Below are positions 28,986 to 39,221 of a DNA stretch of 64,000 nucleotides, piece by piece. Positions within the stretch are counted from its first letter, which is position 1. The number at the start of each line of letters is the position of its first letter. The stretch comes from an uncultured Acidobacteriota bacterium (lineage in GTDB: Bacteria; Acidobacteriota; Vicinamibacteria; Vicinamibacterales; CAVVIG01): contig CAWIYH010000004.1 of NCBI GenBank assembly GCA_963840225.1, forward strand, positions 30,383-94,382. The letters run 5' to 3'. Made by a program: the position numbers and the translations under genes. The notes beneath the pieces are model-generated. The model had not been told where the DNA came from and did not search any database. It saw nothing but the letters and a program-made list of their open reading frames with translations.

Positions 28986-29408
28986 ATGCTGGTCGAGAAT
29001 CTGGGTACCACGAATCTCATACTTGGCATCATCGCGGTCTGCGCGGTCCTCGAGGCGCTCATCATCGTCGCGATGGGCGTCGCCGGCCTGGTGCTGTACC
29101 GGCGGGTGATGACCGTCGTGTCGCAGGCCGAAGAGAAGCACCTGGAGCCGGCCATGGCGCGCGTCAACGCGATTCTCGACGACTTGAAGGGGGTCAGCTC
29201 GACGGTCAAGGAAGAAACCGAGCGGGTCGATCAGGCGATCCGGACGACCATGGACCGCGTGGACGACACGGCCGATCGGGTGCGCGCGAACGTCCGGGCC
29301 AAGACGAGCCGGGTGGTGGGGGTGGTCCGCGGCATCCGTGCCGCGCTCGAGATCTTTCTCCGCCACGAGGACCGCGATCAGCCGCCGGCGGGCGCGTACG
29401 GACGGTAG
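28986..29408 (+). CDS. DUF948-like membrane protein (N-terminal TM plus coiled coil)
   Basis: 140 aa. LILGIIAVCAVLEALIIVAMGVAGLVLYRRV is followed by repetitive charged helices (VNAILDDLKGVSSTVKEETERVDQAIRTTMDRVDDTADRVRANV). Confidence 0.55.
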   Translation: MLVENLGTTNLILGIIAVCAVLEALIIVAMGVAGLVLYRRVMTVVSQAEEKHLEPAMARVNAILDDLKGVSSTVKEETERVDQAIRTTMDRVDDTADRVRANVRAKTSRVVGVVRGIRAALEIFLRHEDRDQPPAGAYGR

Positions 29409-29478
29409 CGACGGCAACGATCGAATGCGAATGGGTGGCGGGGCTGCTGCCCGCCGGAGCGTGGAACAAGGAGGGGTC

Positions 29479-29877
29479 ATGGGAGACGGATACGATCGAT
29501 TCGAGAACGAAGGAGGCGGCGGTGGCAGCTTCGTGATGGGGCTGCTCACCGGGACCGTCCTGGGCGCTGGCCTGGGTATGCTCTTCGCGCCCAAGCCGGG
29601 CTCGGAGCTGCGCAATCAGATCTCCGAGCAGGCGGGCAGTCTGGCGAACACGGCATCCGACTCGTACCGCCGCGCGTCCGACACGGTCAGCGACCTGACG
29701 GACAAGAGCCGTCAGGTGTACGACCGCGCGCGCGACGCGGTGAGCCGCGGCACCGAGGAAGCGCAGCGCTACGTGCGCGACGCGACCGGTTCGTCGCCAT
29801 CGGGATCGTCGAGCTCCGGTCCGGTATCCGAGCCTGCGTCCGGCCCGACGCCGGGTTCGTCATCGTACGGGCGGTAG
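29479..29877 (+). CDS. YtxH-domain protein
   Basis: ATG at 29479 behind AAGGAGG. FVMGLLTGTVLGAGLGMLFAPKPGSELRNQISEQAGS is the canonical YtxH motif. The tail is Ser/Gly/Pro-rich. Confidence 0.7.
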   Translation: MGDGYDRFENEGGGGGSFVMGLLTGTVLGAGLGMLFAPKPGSELRNQISEQAGSLANTASDSYRRASDTVSDLTDKSRQVYDRARDAVSRGTEEAQRYVRDATGSSPSGSSSSGPVSEPASGPTPGSSSYGR

Positions 29878-29882
29878 GCCGG

Positions 29883-30083
29883 ATGACCCGGCAGACGTCG
29901 CGCACCGTCGCCAACCTGGTGCTCGCGGCGGCCGGCGCGGCGGCGGCGTACGTGATCCTCACGACGCCGCCGCTCAGGCGCCTGGCCGGGCGCGGCATCC
30001 GTCTGTGGCTCGGAGCGAGCGTGCCCGTGTTCCTGGCGCGCGAGGTTCGACAGGCGTGGGCCGACTCGGGACGCTCCGCCTGA
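29883..30083 (+). CDS. small hypothetical membrane protein
   Basis: 66 aa, starting 5 nt after the ytxH stop. It has one or two hydrophobic segments (VANLVLAAAGAAAAYVIL; LWLGASVPVFLA). Confidence 0.35.
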   Translation: MTRQTSRTVANLVLAAAGAAAAYVILTTPPLRRLAGRGIRLWLGASVPVFLAREVRQAWADSGRSA

Positions 30084-30110
30084 CCCGCCCGTCGTCCACG
30101 GCACATCCTT

Positions 30111-30116
30111 CATAAT
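30111..30116 (+). promoter_or_regulatory. CATAAT -10 hexamer 6 nt upstream of the yihY GTG (leaderless candidate)
   Basis: ccTTCATAATGgctgcGTG. The same TTCATAATG string recurs at 31325-31333. There is no SD. Confidence 0.35.
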
Positions 30117-30122
30117 GGCTGC

Positions 30123-31028
30123 GTGAGACACCTGCGCAGGCTCTGGAGGCGGACGCGCGAGCTGGTGCTCCTGTCCGGACTGGCCGCCTACCACGGGTTC
30201 ATCCAGTACACGCGCGGGGACAATCTCACCTACGCGGCCTCGATCGCGTACTACACGCTGCTCTCGATGTTCCCGCTCTTCATGCTCGGCCTCGCCCTGC
30301 TCGGGCGGACGACGGCCAACGTCGCCGCGCGAAACGCGATTCTCGACTTCGTCCTTCGCTATTTCCCGGCGCAGTTCGACTTCGTCACGGCGCAGCTCGA
30401 CGCGCTGCGCGCCAGCCGGTTTCCCTTCGGCACGCTGGGGACCATCGCGCTCGTCTGGGGCGGTCTCGGCGTCTTCGGCGCCATCAGCACGGCGGTCAAC
30501 TATTCCTGGGGCGTGGAACAGCAGCGGAGCTTCTGGAAGCACCGGCTGTTCGCGTTCCTCATGCTGGTGGTCGCCGGGTTGATCCTCCTCGTCGCGCTGC
30601 TGCTCGTCAGCGCGGCCGAGGTCCTCGGCGCCAGTCCGTTCGCCTCCGTGCTCGCGCATTTCCCGGGCCTGCTGATCCTGCGCAGCCTCACGGTCCGCAA
30701 CGCGACCACGCTCCTGTTCATCGTCGTCGTCGGCTTCGTGTTCTACTTCGTGCCGAACGCCAAGGTGCGCTTCCGCGACGTGTGGGTGGGGGCCGTCGTG
30801 ACCGGCCTGCTGTGGAAGGGCACGCTCAAGGCGTTCTCGCTGTACATGCACGACATGACGCGGTTCGCGCAGGTCAACGGGTCCATTGCGGCGGTCGTGG
30901 TCTTCCTGGTCTGGGTGTACGCGCAGGCCGTGATCCTGTTGTACGGCGTCCAGTTCACCGCCGCCTACGCGCGCCTCCGGCGCGGGCGTCCCGACGAGAT
31001 GCCGGCCGCGCCGACACCGAGGGCGTAG
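30123..31028 (+). CDS. YihY/BrkB-family inner-membrane protein
   Basis: 301 aa. NLTYAASIAYYTLLSMFPLFMLGLALLG plus multiple TM helices match the typical YihY/virulence factor BrkB family. Confidence 0.85.
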   Translation: MRHLRRLWRRTRELVLLSGLAAYHGFIQYTRGDNLTYAASIAYYTLLSMFPLFMLGLALLGRTTANVAARNAILDFVLRYFPAQFDFVTAQLDALRASRFPFGTLGTIALVWGGLGVFGAISTAVNYSWGVEQQRSFWKHRLFAFLMLVVAGLILLVALLLVSAAEVLGASPFASVLAHFPGLLILRSLTVRNATTLLFIVVVGFVFYFVPNAKVRFRDVWVGAVVTGLLWKGTLKAFSLYMHDMTRFAQVNGSIAAVVVFLVWVYAQAVILLYGVQFTAAYARLRRGRPDEMPAAPTPRA

Positions 31029-31045
31029 AAGAATGGGTGCACGGG

Positions 31046-31311
31046 TTACGACCGCGCTCCCTCCCGGATGGCCCTGATGATGGCGTCGCTGAACGCCGCC
31101 ACGTCGTCGGGTTTGCGCGACGTGATGAGGTTGCCGTCCTCGACGACCGGCTTGTCGACGTAGAGGCCGCCGGCGTTCTTGACGTCGACGGCGATCGACG
31201 GCCAGCAGCCGCGCGACGCGCCTCCAGCGGACCGGTGAGCTCGCGATCCTCGAACTCGTCCTCGACGAGGATCCCGACGCGGCGCCCCGCGAGCGGCGGC
31301 GTGTCGCGCAT
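31046..31311 (-). pseudogene. DJ-1/PfpI-family gene with a large internal deletion and frame change
   Basis: The N-terminal frame is [32 protein letters not shown] second frame gives the family C-terminus [50 protein letters not shown] (stop at 31046-31048). The ~100-aa core with the nucleophile Cys is absent. Confidence 0.6.
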
Positions 31312-31326
31312 CCGGCGATTCTACTT

Positions 31327-31332
31327 CATAAT
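31327..31332 (+). promoter_or_regulatory. CATAAT -10 hexamer 6 nt upstream of the ATG at 31339 (leaderless candidate)
   Basis: ctacTTCATAATGaatcgATG; there is no SD. Confidence 0.35.
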
Positions 31333-31338
31333 GAATCG

Positions 31339-33447
<2,109 letters not shown>

Positions 33448-33461
33448 CGCCTCGCGCGCTC

Positions 33462-34226
33462 ATGTCCATCCACACGCTCGAATCGCCGGGCCGCCTGCGC
33501 CTCGTGCTCGATGCGCCGCACGGCAACGCAGTGACCGACGCCATGGTCGGCGCGATCCAGGCGGCGCTCGCGTCGGTCCCTGCGCGGACGCCGCCGGTCA
33601 AGCTCGTGACGCTCGAGGGGGCTGGCGCCGATTTCAGCTTCGGGTCGAGCCTCGCGGAACACGTGCCTCCGCGCATGCCGGAGGTCCTCCCGCGTTTCCA
33701 CGCGCTCGTCCGCGCGCTGCTCGACGCACCCGCCGTCACGGCTGCGGTCGTGCACGGACGGTGTCTCGGCGGTGGGTTCGAGCTGGCGCTCGCCTGCGAC
33801 TTCATCCTCGCCGCCGATGACGCGGTGCTGGGCCTGCCCGAGATCGCCGTCGGGGCGTTTCCGCCGGTCGGATCGGTGCTGCTGCCGATGAGAATCGGCG
33901 CCTCGCGCGCGGCGTCGGCGATTGTCGGCGGCGGCGCGCGGCCGATCGTCGAGTGGCAGCGGCTCGGCCTCGTCGAGCAGGTCGTGCCGCGCGACGAGCT
34001 GACGGCAGCCGTGGACCGCTGGTTCGAATGGACGTTGCAGGGGAAGTCGGCCGCGGCCCTAAGTCACGCCGCCCGGGCGAGCCGCCTCGTCGTGGCAGGC
34101 GCGGTGGAGCGCCTGCTGCCGGATGCCGAGCGGCTCTATCTCGACAGTCTTCTGGCGACGGCCGACGCGGCCGAAGGCGTGGCGGCGTTTCTCGAGAAGC
34201 GCGACCCCCGATGGAAGGACCGATGA
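33462..34226 (+). CDS. enoyl-CoA hydratase/isomerase (crotonase) family protein
   Basis: 254 aa from the ATG at 33462. LEGAGADFSFGSSL...GRCLGGGFELALACDFILA...AEGVAAFLEKRDPRW. The 625-aa track ORF is an upstream artefact. Confidence 0.75.
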   Translation: MSIHTLESPGRLRLVLDAPHGNAVTDAMVGAIQAALASVPARTPPVKLVTLEGAGADFSFGSSLAEHVPPRMPEVLPRFHALVRALLDAPAVTAAVVHGRCLGGGFELALACDFILAADDAVLGLPEIAVGAFPPVGSVLLPMRIGASRAASAIVGGGARPIVEWQRLGLVEQVVPRDELTAAVDRWFEWTLQGKSAAALSHAARASRLVVAGAVERLLPDAERLYLDSLLATADAAEGVAAFLEKRDPRWKDR

Positions 34227-34573
34227 CCAGGGTACCCGTGGATGTCTGGCTTCGCGGCAGCCACGTCGCGACGACCGAGTCGATCGAAGGCATCGCGCGC
34301 GAGCCGCGCGAGTGGAACGAGGCGGACGTCCGTCAGGTGCTCGAGGGCATGCTGCGGGCAATGGACCGACAGAAGCACCCGGGCGAGCCGGATCGCGCCG
34401 TCGCGCTCCGCGGCCTCAGCTGGATCGTGAACGCCTACGACGAAGGCGGCGTCGTGATTGCCATCGAGATCACGCTGGGGGCAGCGGTCGCGGGTCCCTT
34501 CGACATCGACCGGTCGGCGCTCGAAGCGATGGTGCGGCGCGTGCTCGAGCCGTACGCCGGCACGGTTCACTGA
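34223..34573 (+). CDS. hypothetical protein, translationally coupled to the crotonase gene
   Basis: 116 aa. The ATG overlaps the upstream stop (ATGA at 34223-34226). I recognise no motif. Confidence 0.5.
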   Translation: MTRVPVDVWLRGSHVATTESIEGIAREPREWNEADVRQVLEGMLRAMDRQKHPGEPDRAVALRGLSWIVNAYDEGGVVIAIEITLGAAVAGPFDIDRSALEAMVRRVLEPYAGTVH

Positions 34574-34758
34574 GCGTTCGGATCCTCGTCGCCGTGGCGG
34601 CCCGTCCGATCGCGGTCGCCCCGTGCGCGGTCGCGATTCGGATCCTGCTCCCGCGGCTGCACGTCGGTCGATCGCACCGAATCCTGCAGCTCCTCCCGCG
34701 CCTCGCGCGGACCGCGCTGATCCTTCCTGATGTCCTTCCGCAGCAGGCGCCCGGTCAT
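34567..34758 (-). CDS. small highly charged hydrophilic protein (doubtful)
   Basis: 63 aa, rich in R/D/E/K (MTGRLLRKDIRKDQRGPREAREELQDS...). It could be a stress-protein-like IDP or simply a chance ORF. Confidence 0.25.
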   Translation of the reverse strand: MTGRLLRKDIRKDQRGPREAREELQDSVRSTDVQPREQDPNRDRARGDRDRTGRHGDEDPNAQ

Positions 34759-34811
34759 CGTGCCCCCTTCTTCAGGCCGATCGGAAGCAGGAACTGCGCC
34801 ACGCCAGCCCG

Positions 34812-35336
34812 TCAGCTCGTCGCAATGACATAAAGGAGCAGGAACAGGCCCAGGCCGAGCAGCACGGCGCCAAACGCGAGGTCGGTGACCCCGAAGAGCC
34901 AGTCCTGCGCCGACGCCGTGAAGGCGCGGCGATCGATGTGCTCGCGCAGCGCCTGCTGCACGCGCACGAGCTGCCGTCGATCGACCGCATGCTCGCGGCC
35001 CTCGTCGTCGGTGACCCCGATCGACCGCGCGCCGAGCAGGCTCCAGTCGACGTCGGTCGGCATCGTCAGGTGCTCGCCCGAGTCGAGCACATGGGGCAGG
35101 GCGAACGGCAGGGTCTGATCGGCGCCCTTGCGGCCGTGCACCACGAGCGAGCTGAGCGCCACCGGCGTAGCGCTGACGTTGCCGATATCCCAGATGAGGT
35201 GGGCGCCGGGGACCGAGCGATCGAGACGAACCCGGATGTCGAGCACTCGACGACGCCGCGCGAACAGGCGCGCTGCGGGCCGCGCCGCCAGCGCGGCGAG
35301 GGCGGCTGGGGCAACGGCGGTGAGGATGTCCGCCAT
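34812..35336 (-). CDS. hypothetical protein with C-terminal transmembrane anchor
   Basis: The start at 35336 (MADILTAV...) has AAGGAG 9 nt upstream. The C-terminus is LAFGAVLLGLGLFLLLYVIATS. A sigma-54-type promoter lies about 65 nt upstream. Confidence 0.55.
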   Translation of the reverse strand: MADILTAVAPAALAALAARPAARLFARRRRVLDIRVRLDRSVPGAHLIWDIGNVSATPVALSSLVVHGRKGADQTLPFALPHVLDSGEHLTMPTDVDWSLLGARSIGVTDDEGREHAVDRRQLVRVQQALREHIDRRAFTASAQDWLFGVTDLAFGAVLLGLGLFLLLYVIATS

Positions 35337-35397
35337 GTCGTGACGCTCCTTGGAACTCGCGTTCCGCGGCTCGAGCGTATATGGCGAGTCCAGCATC

Positions 35398-35616
35398 TCA
35401 TCTGCGAACCTCGTGCCACCCTTGAGCCACGCGGTCCGAGCGCTTGCGATCAGCCCAGGCCAGAGCCTCCTCGCCGCTCTCGAAGGTGCGCGTGACGATC
35501 AGGCTGCCGTCGCGGAGGAGGTCGATTTCGATGCCGTAGGGCACCAGCCGGACGCGGCACGAGGTCTGGCGGCCGTCGCGGCCGAGTGTCCAGAGCGTCG
35601 TCGGCTGATCGTCCAT
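35398..35616 (-). CDS. small conserved-looking hypothetical protein
   Basis: 72 aa: MDDQPTTLWTLGRDGRQTSCRVRLVPYGIEIDLLRDGSLIVTRTFESGEEALAWADRKRSDRVAQGWHEV. The composition is balanced, unlike the shadow ORFs. Confidence 0.5.
   Translation of the reverse strand: MDDQPTTLWTLGRDGRQTSCRVRLVPYGIEIDLLRDGSLIVTRTFESGEEALAWADRKRSDRVAQGWHEVRR
35403..35418 (-). promoter_or_regulatory. sigma-54 (-24/-12) type promoter candidate (reverse strand)
   Basis: The reverse complement reads TGGCACGaggTTCGCA, with one mismatch to TGGCACG-N4-TTGCW. It is embedded in the last codons of the 72-aa gene. The predicted TSS falls just past the ATG at 35396, which supports the start at 35336. Confidence 0.5.
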
Positions 35617-35717
35617 GACGCCAGCCTAGCATCGGCGCGTCAGGGGACTCCACCGTCGGTCGAGAGCCGACAGGGGGGAGCCGTGGGGGCGGCCGGGCCG
35701 CCGTCGGCGCCGACCGC

Positions 35718-35723
35718 TATAAT
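35718..35723 (+). promoter_or_regulatory. perfect TATAAT -10 hexamer upstream of the lipoprotein gene
   Basis: ccgcTATAATggcgcg, followed by GAGGAGG and the ATG at 35750. Confidence 0.35.
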
Positions 35724-35749
35724 GGCGCGTCGGTTCGCGAGGAGGTGTC

Positions 35750-36217
35750 ATGAAGACGTTCGCGCTCGTCGGGCTTTCGCTCGTTATCGCCGCCTGCTCC
35801 AGCCCGCCGCCGCCGGCACCTGCTGCGAGCCAGGCGCCGGCAGCAGCCGGCGTGTCGGTGGATACCGGACAGGGGACGATCGCGCTCAGCGCGTTCAGCC
35901 TCGGCCTGGCCCACGAGCTGCCGGTGCGCAACGTGCCGCACTCGGTGCCCAAGGTGAAGGCCGTCAAGGCGTTCATCGTCAACGTCCCGAACGCGAGCGG
36001 CGCGGACGCGGCGGTGTACTGGGTGAACGATCCCGAGCTGATCTTCTCCGAGAGCCAGCAGCCGCTGCCGTCGCAGGTCTCGGATCACGGCCAGAGCGGC
36101 TACTCGATTGCGGCTCCGTCGTTGAGCGATCGATCGAGCGGGTACGCGATGCTCGTCCTGAAGAACCCGGGCGGTGGGCCGTCGCGCTACTACGCGGTGG
36201 CGCTCGGCGCGTCGTAG
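35750..36217 (+). CDS. hypothetical lipoprotein
   Basis: MKTFALVGLSLVIAAC has a lipobox (VIAAC). It is followed by a Pro/Ala-rich linker. Confidence 0.65.
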   Translation: MKTFALVGLSLVIAACSSPPPPAPAASQAPAAAGVSVDTGQGTIALSAFSLGLAHELPVRNVPHSVPKVKAVKAFIVNVPNASGADAAVYWVNDPELIFSESQQPLPSQVSDHGQSGYSIAAPSLSDRSSGYAMLVLKNPGGGPSRYYAVALGAS

Positions 36218-36262
36218 CGCCGCGCCCGAAACACGAGGCGTCAGCCGCGCGGCCGCATCCCG

Positions 36263-36982
36263 CTAGACGGCGGCCCGCGCGGCTCGGCGCCGAAGCGGGA
36301 TCTTCCCGCGCCGCCTCGCCCACAACGGCAGCCCTCCCAGCAGACAGATCAACATCGTCGACGGTTCCGGCACCTCCACCTCTTCGATGTTCGAGACCGA
36401 CCCGGAGATGTTGGCGAAGAGATCCGTGCGATCGATGTCCAGCTCGGACACGCTCCAGGTGCCCGGGCCGCCGCCGAAGGCACTGGTCGGAAGGTTGTTG
36501 CTCGACAGGGGATTGGTGCCGAGCGACTCGATGAGGACCAGGCTGAGCGTCGTCACCGCATCGAAGTTGCCGTCGATCGTGAACGTGTCGTGCCCGTCCG
36601 ACGGGTTCATCGTCACGAGGAAGTCGGGCGTGTTCTTCACGCCGATCCGAATCGGGAAACTGTTGTCGCCCACGAAGGAGTCGCCACCCGACGACTGAAA
36701 GCTGAAGGTGATGGCCGTCTCTCCGGCGCTCGTGTCGTAGAAGGTGAAGTCGCCCACGTCCGTGCCGGTGAGCAGGGCCGGATCGTAGGTGACCAACAGA
36801 CTGTAGGTGTCTCCGGCCGTCGTCGCAAAGACGTCGCTCGGGTCTGTGACGAAGAACGACGATCCGGAGAATTCGAGGGTCAGGGGTGCCGCCTGGGCCG
36901 GCACTGCGATCAGACCCAGGCTCAAGCTGAGGAGGAGCGCGGGTCCCGCGAGCCGCGGCCATCGCGTCGACGCGTGCATCAT
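36263..36982 (-). CDS. PEP-CTERM sorting-domain secreted protein
   Basis: Signal peptide (MMHASTRWPRLAGPALLLSLSLGLIAVPAQA). The C-terminus VPEPSTMLICLLGGLPLWARRRGK has the PEP motif, a TM helix and a basic cluster. GGAGG lies upstream of the ATG at 36982. Confidence 0.7.
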   Translation of the reverse strand: MMHASTRWPRLAGPALLLSLSLGLIAVPAQAAPLTLEFSGSSFFVTDPSDVFATTAGDTYSLLVTYDPALLTGTDVGDFTFYDTSAGETAITFSFQSSGGDSFVGDNSFPIRIGVKNTPDFLVTMNPSDGHDTFTIDGNFDAVTTLSLVLIESLGTNPLSSNNLPTSAFGGGPGTWSVSELDIDRTDLFANISGSVSNIEEVEVPEPSTMLICLLGGLPLWARRRGKIPLRRRAARAAV

Positions 36983-37195
36983 GGAGGCCTCCAATCTGAG
37001 GACGAATCTTCCTGGCACACCGGCAAGACTCGAGCCGCGTATCGATCCACAACAGGTCCACGAAACTCGCGCGAGTCTCGATCGCCAATCGGGAGTATTC
37101 GTGGCTCGGCCCGACTTTGTTCGGCGCAGACGATCCGCGTCTCGTCGATCGATGAACGTGCGACGCGCTCGAGAGGGACCGATGCTCTGGCTCAG

Positions 37196-38668
37196 CTAGA
37201 AGGTCTGGACGTGGCGGACGGCGCGCGCGACCACGAAGACGCGCAGGTTGTTGCTCTTCGGATCGGCCGGGAACAGGATGAAGCCGTCGGCATCGGGGCG
37301 GTAGCTCAAGGTCGTGCCGACGAGCACTTCGTCGTCGAGGAAGGTCACCACGACGCGGCGGGCGGCCTCGTTGCGCTCGAAGGTCTTCGCCTCGACGTGC
37401 GACGGCTCGCCGTCGAAGTCGCGAACGAAGAAGACCGCCTTGAGCTGTCCGATCGGCACCGAGATGCGGGCGATGTCGGGCGCGTGAAGGGTCGGCACGA
37501 GATGGAGGTACGGCTTGGTGGCGAGAAAGTCGCTCGTGTATCCCTTCAACAGCCGGCCGTCGGCGTACCGCACGACGATCTTGCAGGCGCCCTGGGGCGC
37601 GGTCCGTTCCGGGGCCTCGACGCCCAGAGCGGCGCTCGACGGCGGGTCGAGATCGAGCACGAGCGCGACCAGGTGGGCCGTCGCCTTCAGGAGGTGGAAG
37701 TGTCCCTCGGCGGGTCTCATGTCTCGGCCGAAGTCGACGACGAGCGTGGCCGGGAGCCGATGGGGCGACGCCGGCAGGTCGAAGTGGACGGACCGTGGAG
37801 TCCGGGCGGCCGGGTCGGTCCGGTCGGCGATGCGGATGCTCGCGCCGAGCCAGCGCGACAGGCGCCGACCGATCCGGTCGCAGAGAATCGCCGACGACTC
37901 GCCGCGCTCCACGCCGAGCGTCAGGTCCCGCAGGAGCGACGCCAGCTCGTTGGCGAACGCCGCGTCGGACCGCAGGGCGGCCGGTAGCTCGAGCAGCATG
38001 GCCGTCGCCGCCAGCACCGCGTCGCCGACCTCAGTGACGCCGCCGCTGGCGGCCGCGTCAGGCCGCCCGCGGCTTTCCAGGGCGCGCGTGAACCGCTTGA
38101 TGGCGAACGCCAGCCGCGCGTGCTCGTCGGCGGCCGGCGGACACGATTGCGCATCGTGGGTCGTGGCGAGCTCGGGGAAGTCGACCGCGCTCTTGAACGC
38201 GAGCGCCCCGCGGTAGGTCGCCACCGGGGCGAGCGACGCGATCTGGCAGCGGAGCACCTGGGACGCGACCGCCAGTTCGGCGTCGAGCCCCTCGATCTGT
38301 ACAACGATGGTGGAGCCCGGATGAAGCGTGACGCGGCTCTCGACCTGCGCGCCGCCGGCCGACAGATCGACGAGCGACACCGGAGGCCCGTACTTGAGCC
38401 TCACGGCCTTCAGCCACGGCAAATCGCCCGGCCCCACCCGGACGTACGCGCGTCGGTCGGAGCCGGACGACAGGTCGGGGCCTTCGTCAGCGGGTGCGAG
38501 TGCCGCCGTGCCGCCAGAAGCGAATTTCAATGCCGAACCCACATGGACACACCACGAGCCGGTTTCTGTACACAAGATGCGCACCGCTTCCGCCCTGATC
38601 GCTAAGAGATTGTTGGGGAAGCGCTTACGGTCGGCGGCCGCGCGGATGTCGCCGGAGGCGTGTGCCAC
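37196..38668 (-). CDS. PilZ-domain protein with a large uncharacterised C-terminal region
   Basis: 490 aa. PilZ-like RRAYVRV...VSLVDLSAGGAQVES. The C-terminal ~130 aa (KIVVRYADGRLLKGYTSDF...LKAVFFVRDFDG...FILFPADPKSNNLRVFV) looks like a distinct conserved module. Confidence 0.65.
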   Translation of the reverse strand: MAHASGDIRAAADRKRFPNNLLAIRAEAVRILCTETGSWCVHVGSALKFASGGTAALAPADEGPDLSSGSDRRAYVRVGPGDLPWLKAVRLKYGPPVSLVDLSAGGAQVESRVTLHPGSTIVVQIEGLDAELAVASQVLRCQIASLAPVATYRGALAFKSAVDFPELATTHDAQSCPPAADEHARLAFAIKRFTRALESRGRPDAAASGGVTEVGDAVLAATAMLLELPAALRSDAAFANELASLLRDLTLGVERGESSAILCDRIGRRLSRWLGASIRIADRTDPAARTPRSVHFDLPASPHRLPATLVVDFGRDMRPAEGHFHLLKATAHLVALVLDLDPPSSAALGVEAPERTAPQGACKIVVRYADGRLLKGYTSDFLATKPYLHLVPTLHAPDIARISVPIGQLKAVFFVRDFDGEPSHVEAKTFERNEAARRVVVTFLDDEVLVGTTLSYRPDADGFILFPADPKSNNLRVFVVARAVRHVQTF

Positions 38669-39221
38669 TCTGGCGCACAGGGTCGATGTCGCTGCCGCCC
38701 TCGTCAGGGATTAACCCTGCCTCGTCAGCGACTTGAGTCGAGCGTGTCGCATTCCTGCACCAGCTTCCTGAATTGGAACACCGATCCGCGCGGCGCGAGG
38801 GCGGCCTGCGCGCTCGCAAACCCCGCATGGGTGTGCCTGGGCTGATCGAACCTCGCGATCGCATCGCGATTTCACGCCTGTCGATAAGTGACTCGCCCGA
38901 CGTCTGCGACCCGTTCACCCAGACTATCGCACCGCCGTTGGCGGAGAGCCGTTGCAGGTGGCTCGCCATTGGAACGTACCCAGGCCGCCACCGTTGTGGC
39001 CCCGGCGCGACCTGTCGATGTTGATGCGTTCGACGGTGCGCCACACGCGGACTGGTGCGGCGCGCGGAAGCACGAGGCCGAAGCGGCTGTGCCGGGCGTC
39101 GAGCGTTTCCAGCCCGGGGTCACACGGCCGTCATGGTAACGTGGCTCTGGATCAGCGACATCGCGGACGGCTTCTCCGGTCATCTGGTGAGCCGTCTTCC
39201 CGGGATCCTCGTGTTCGACAC

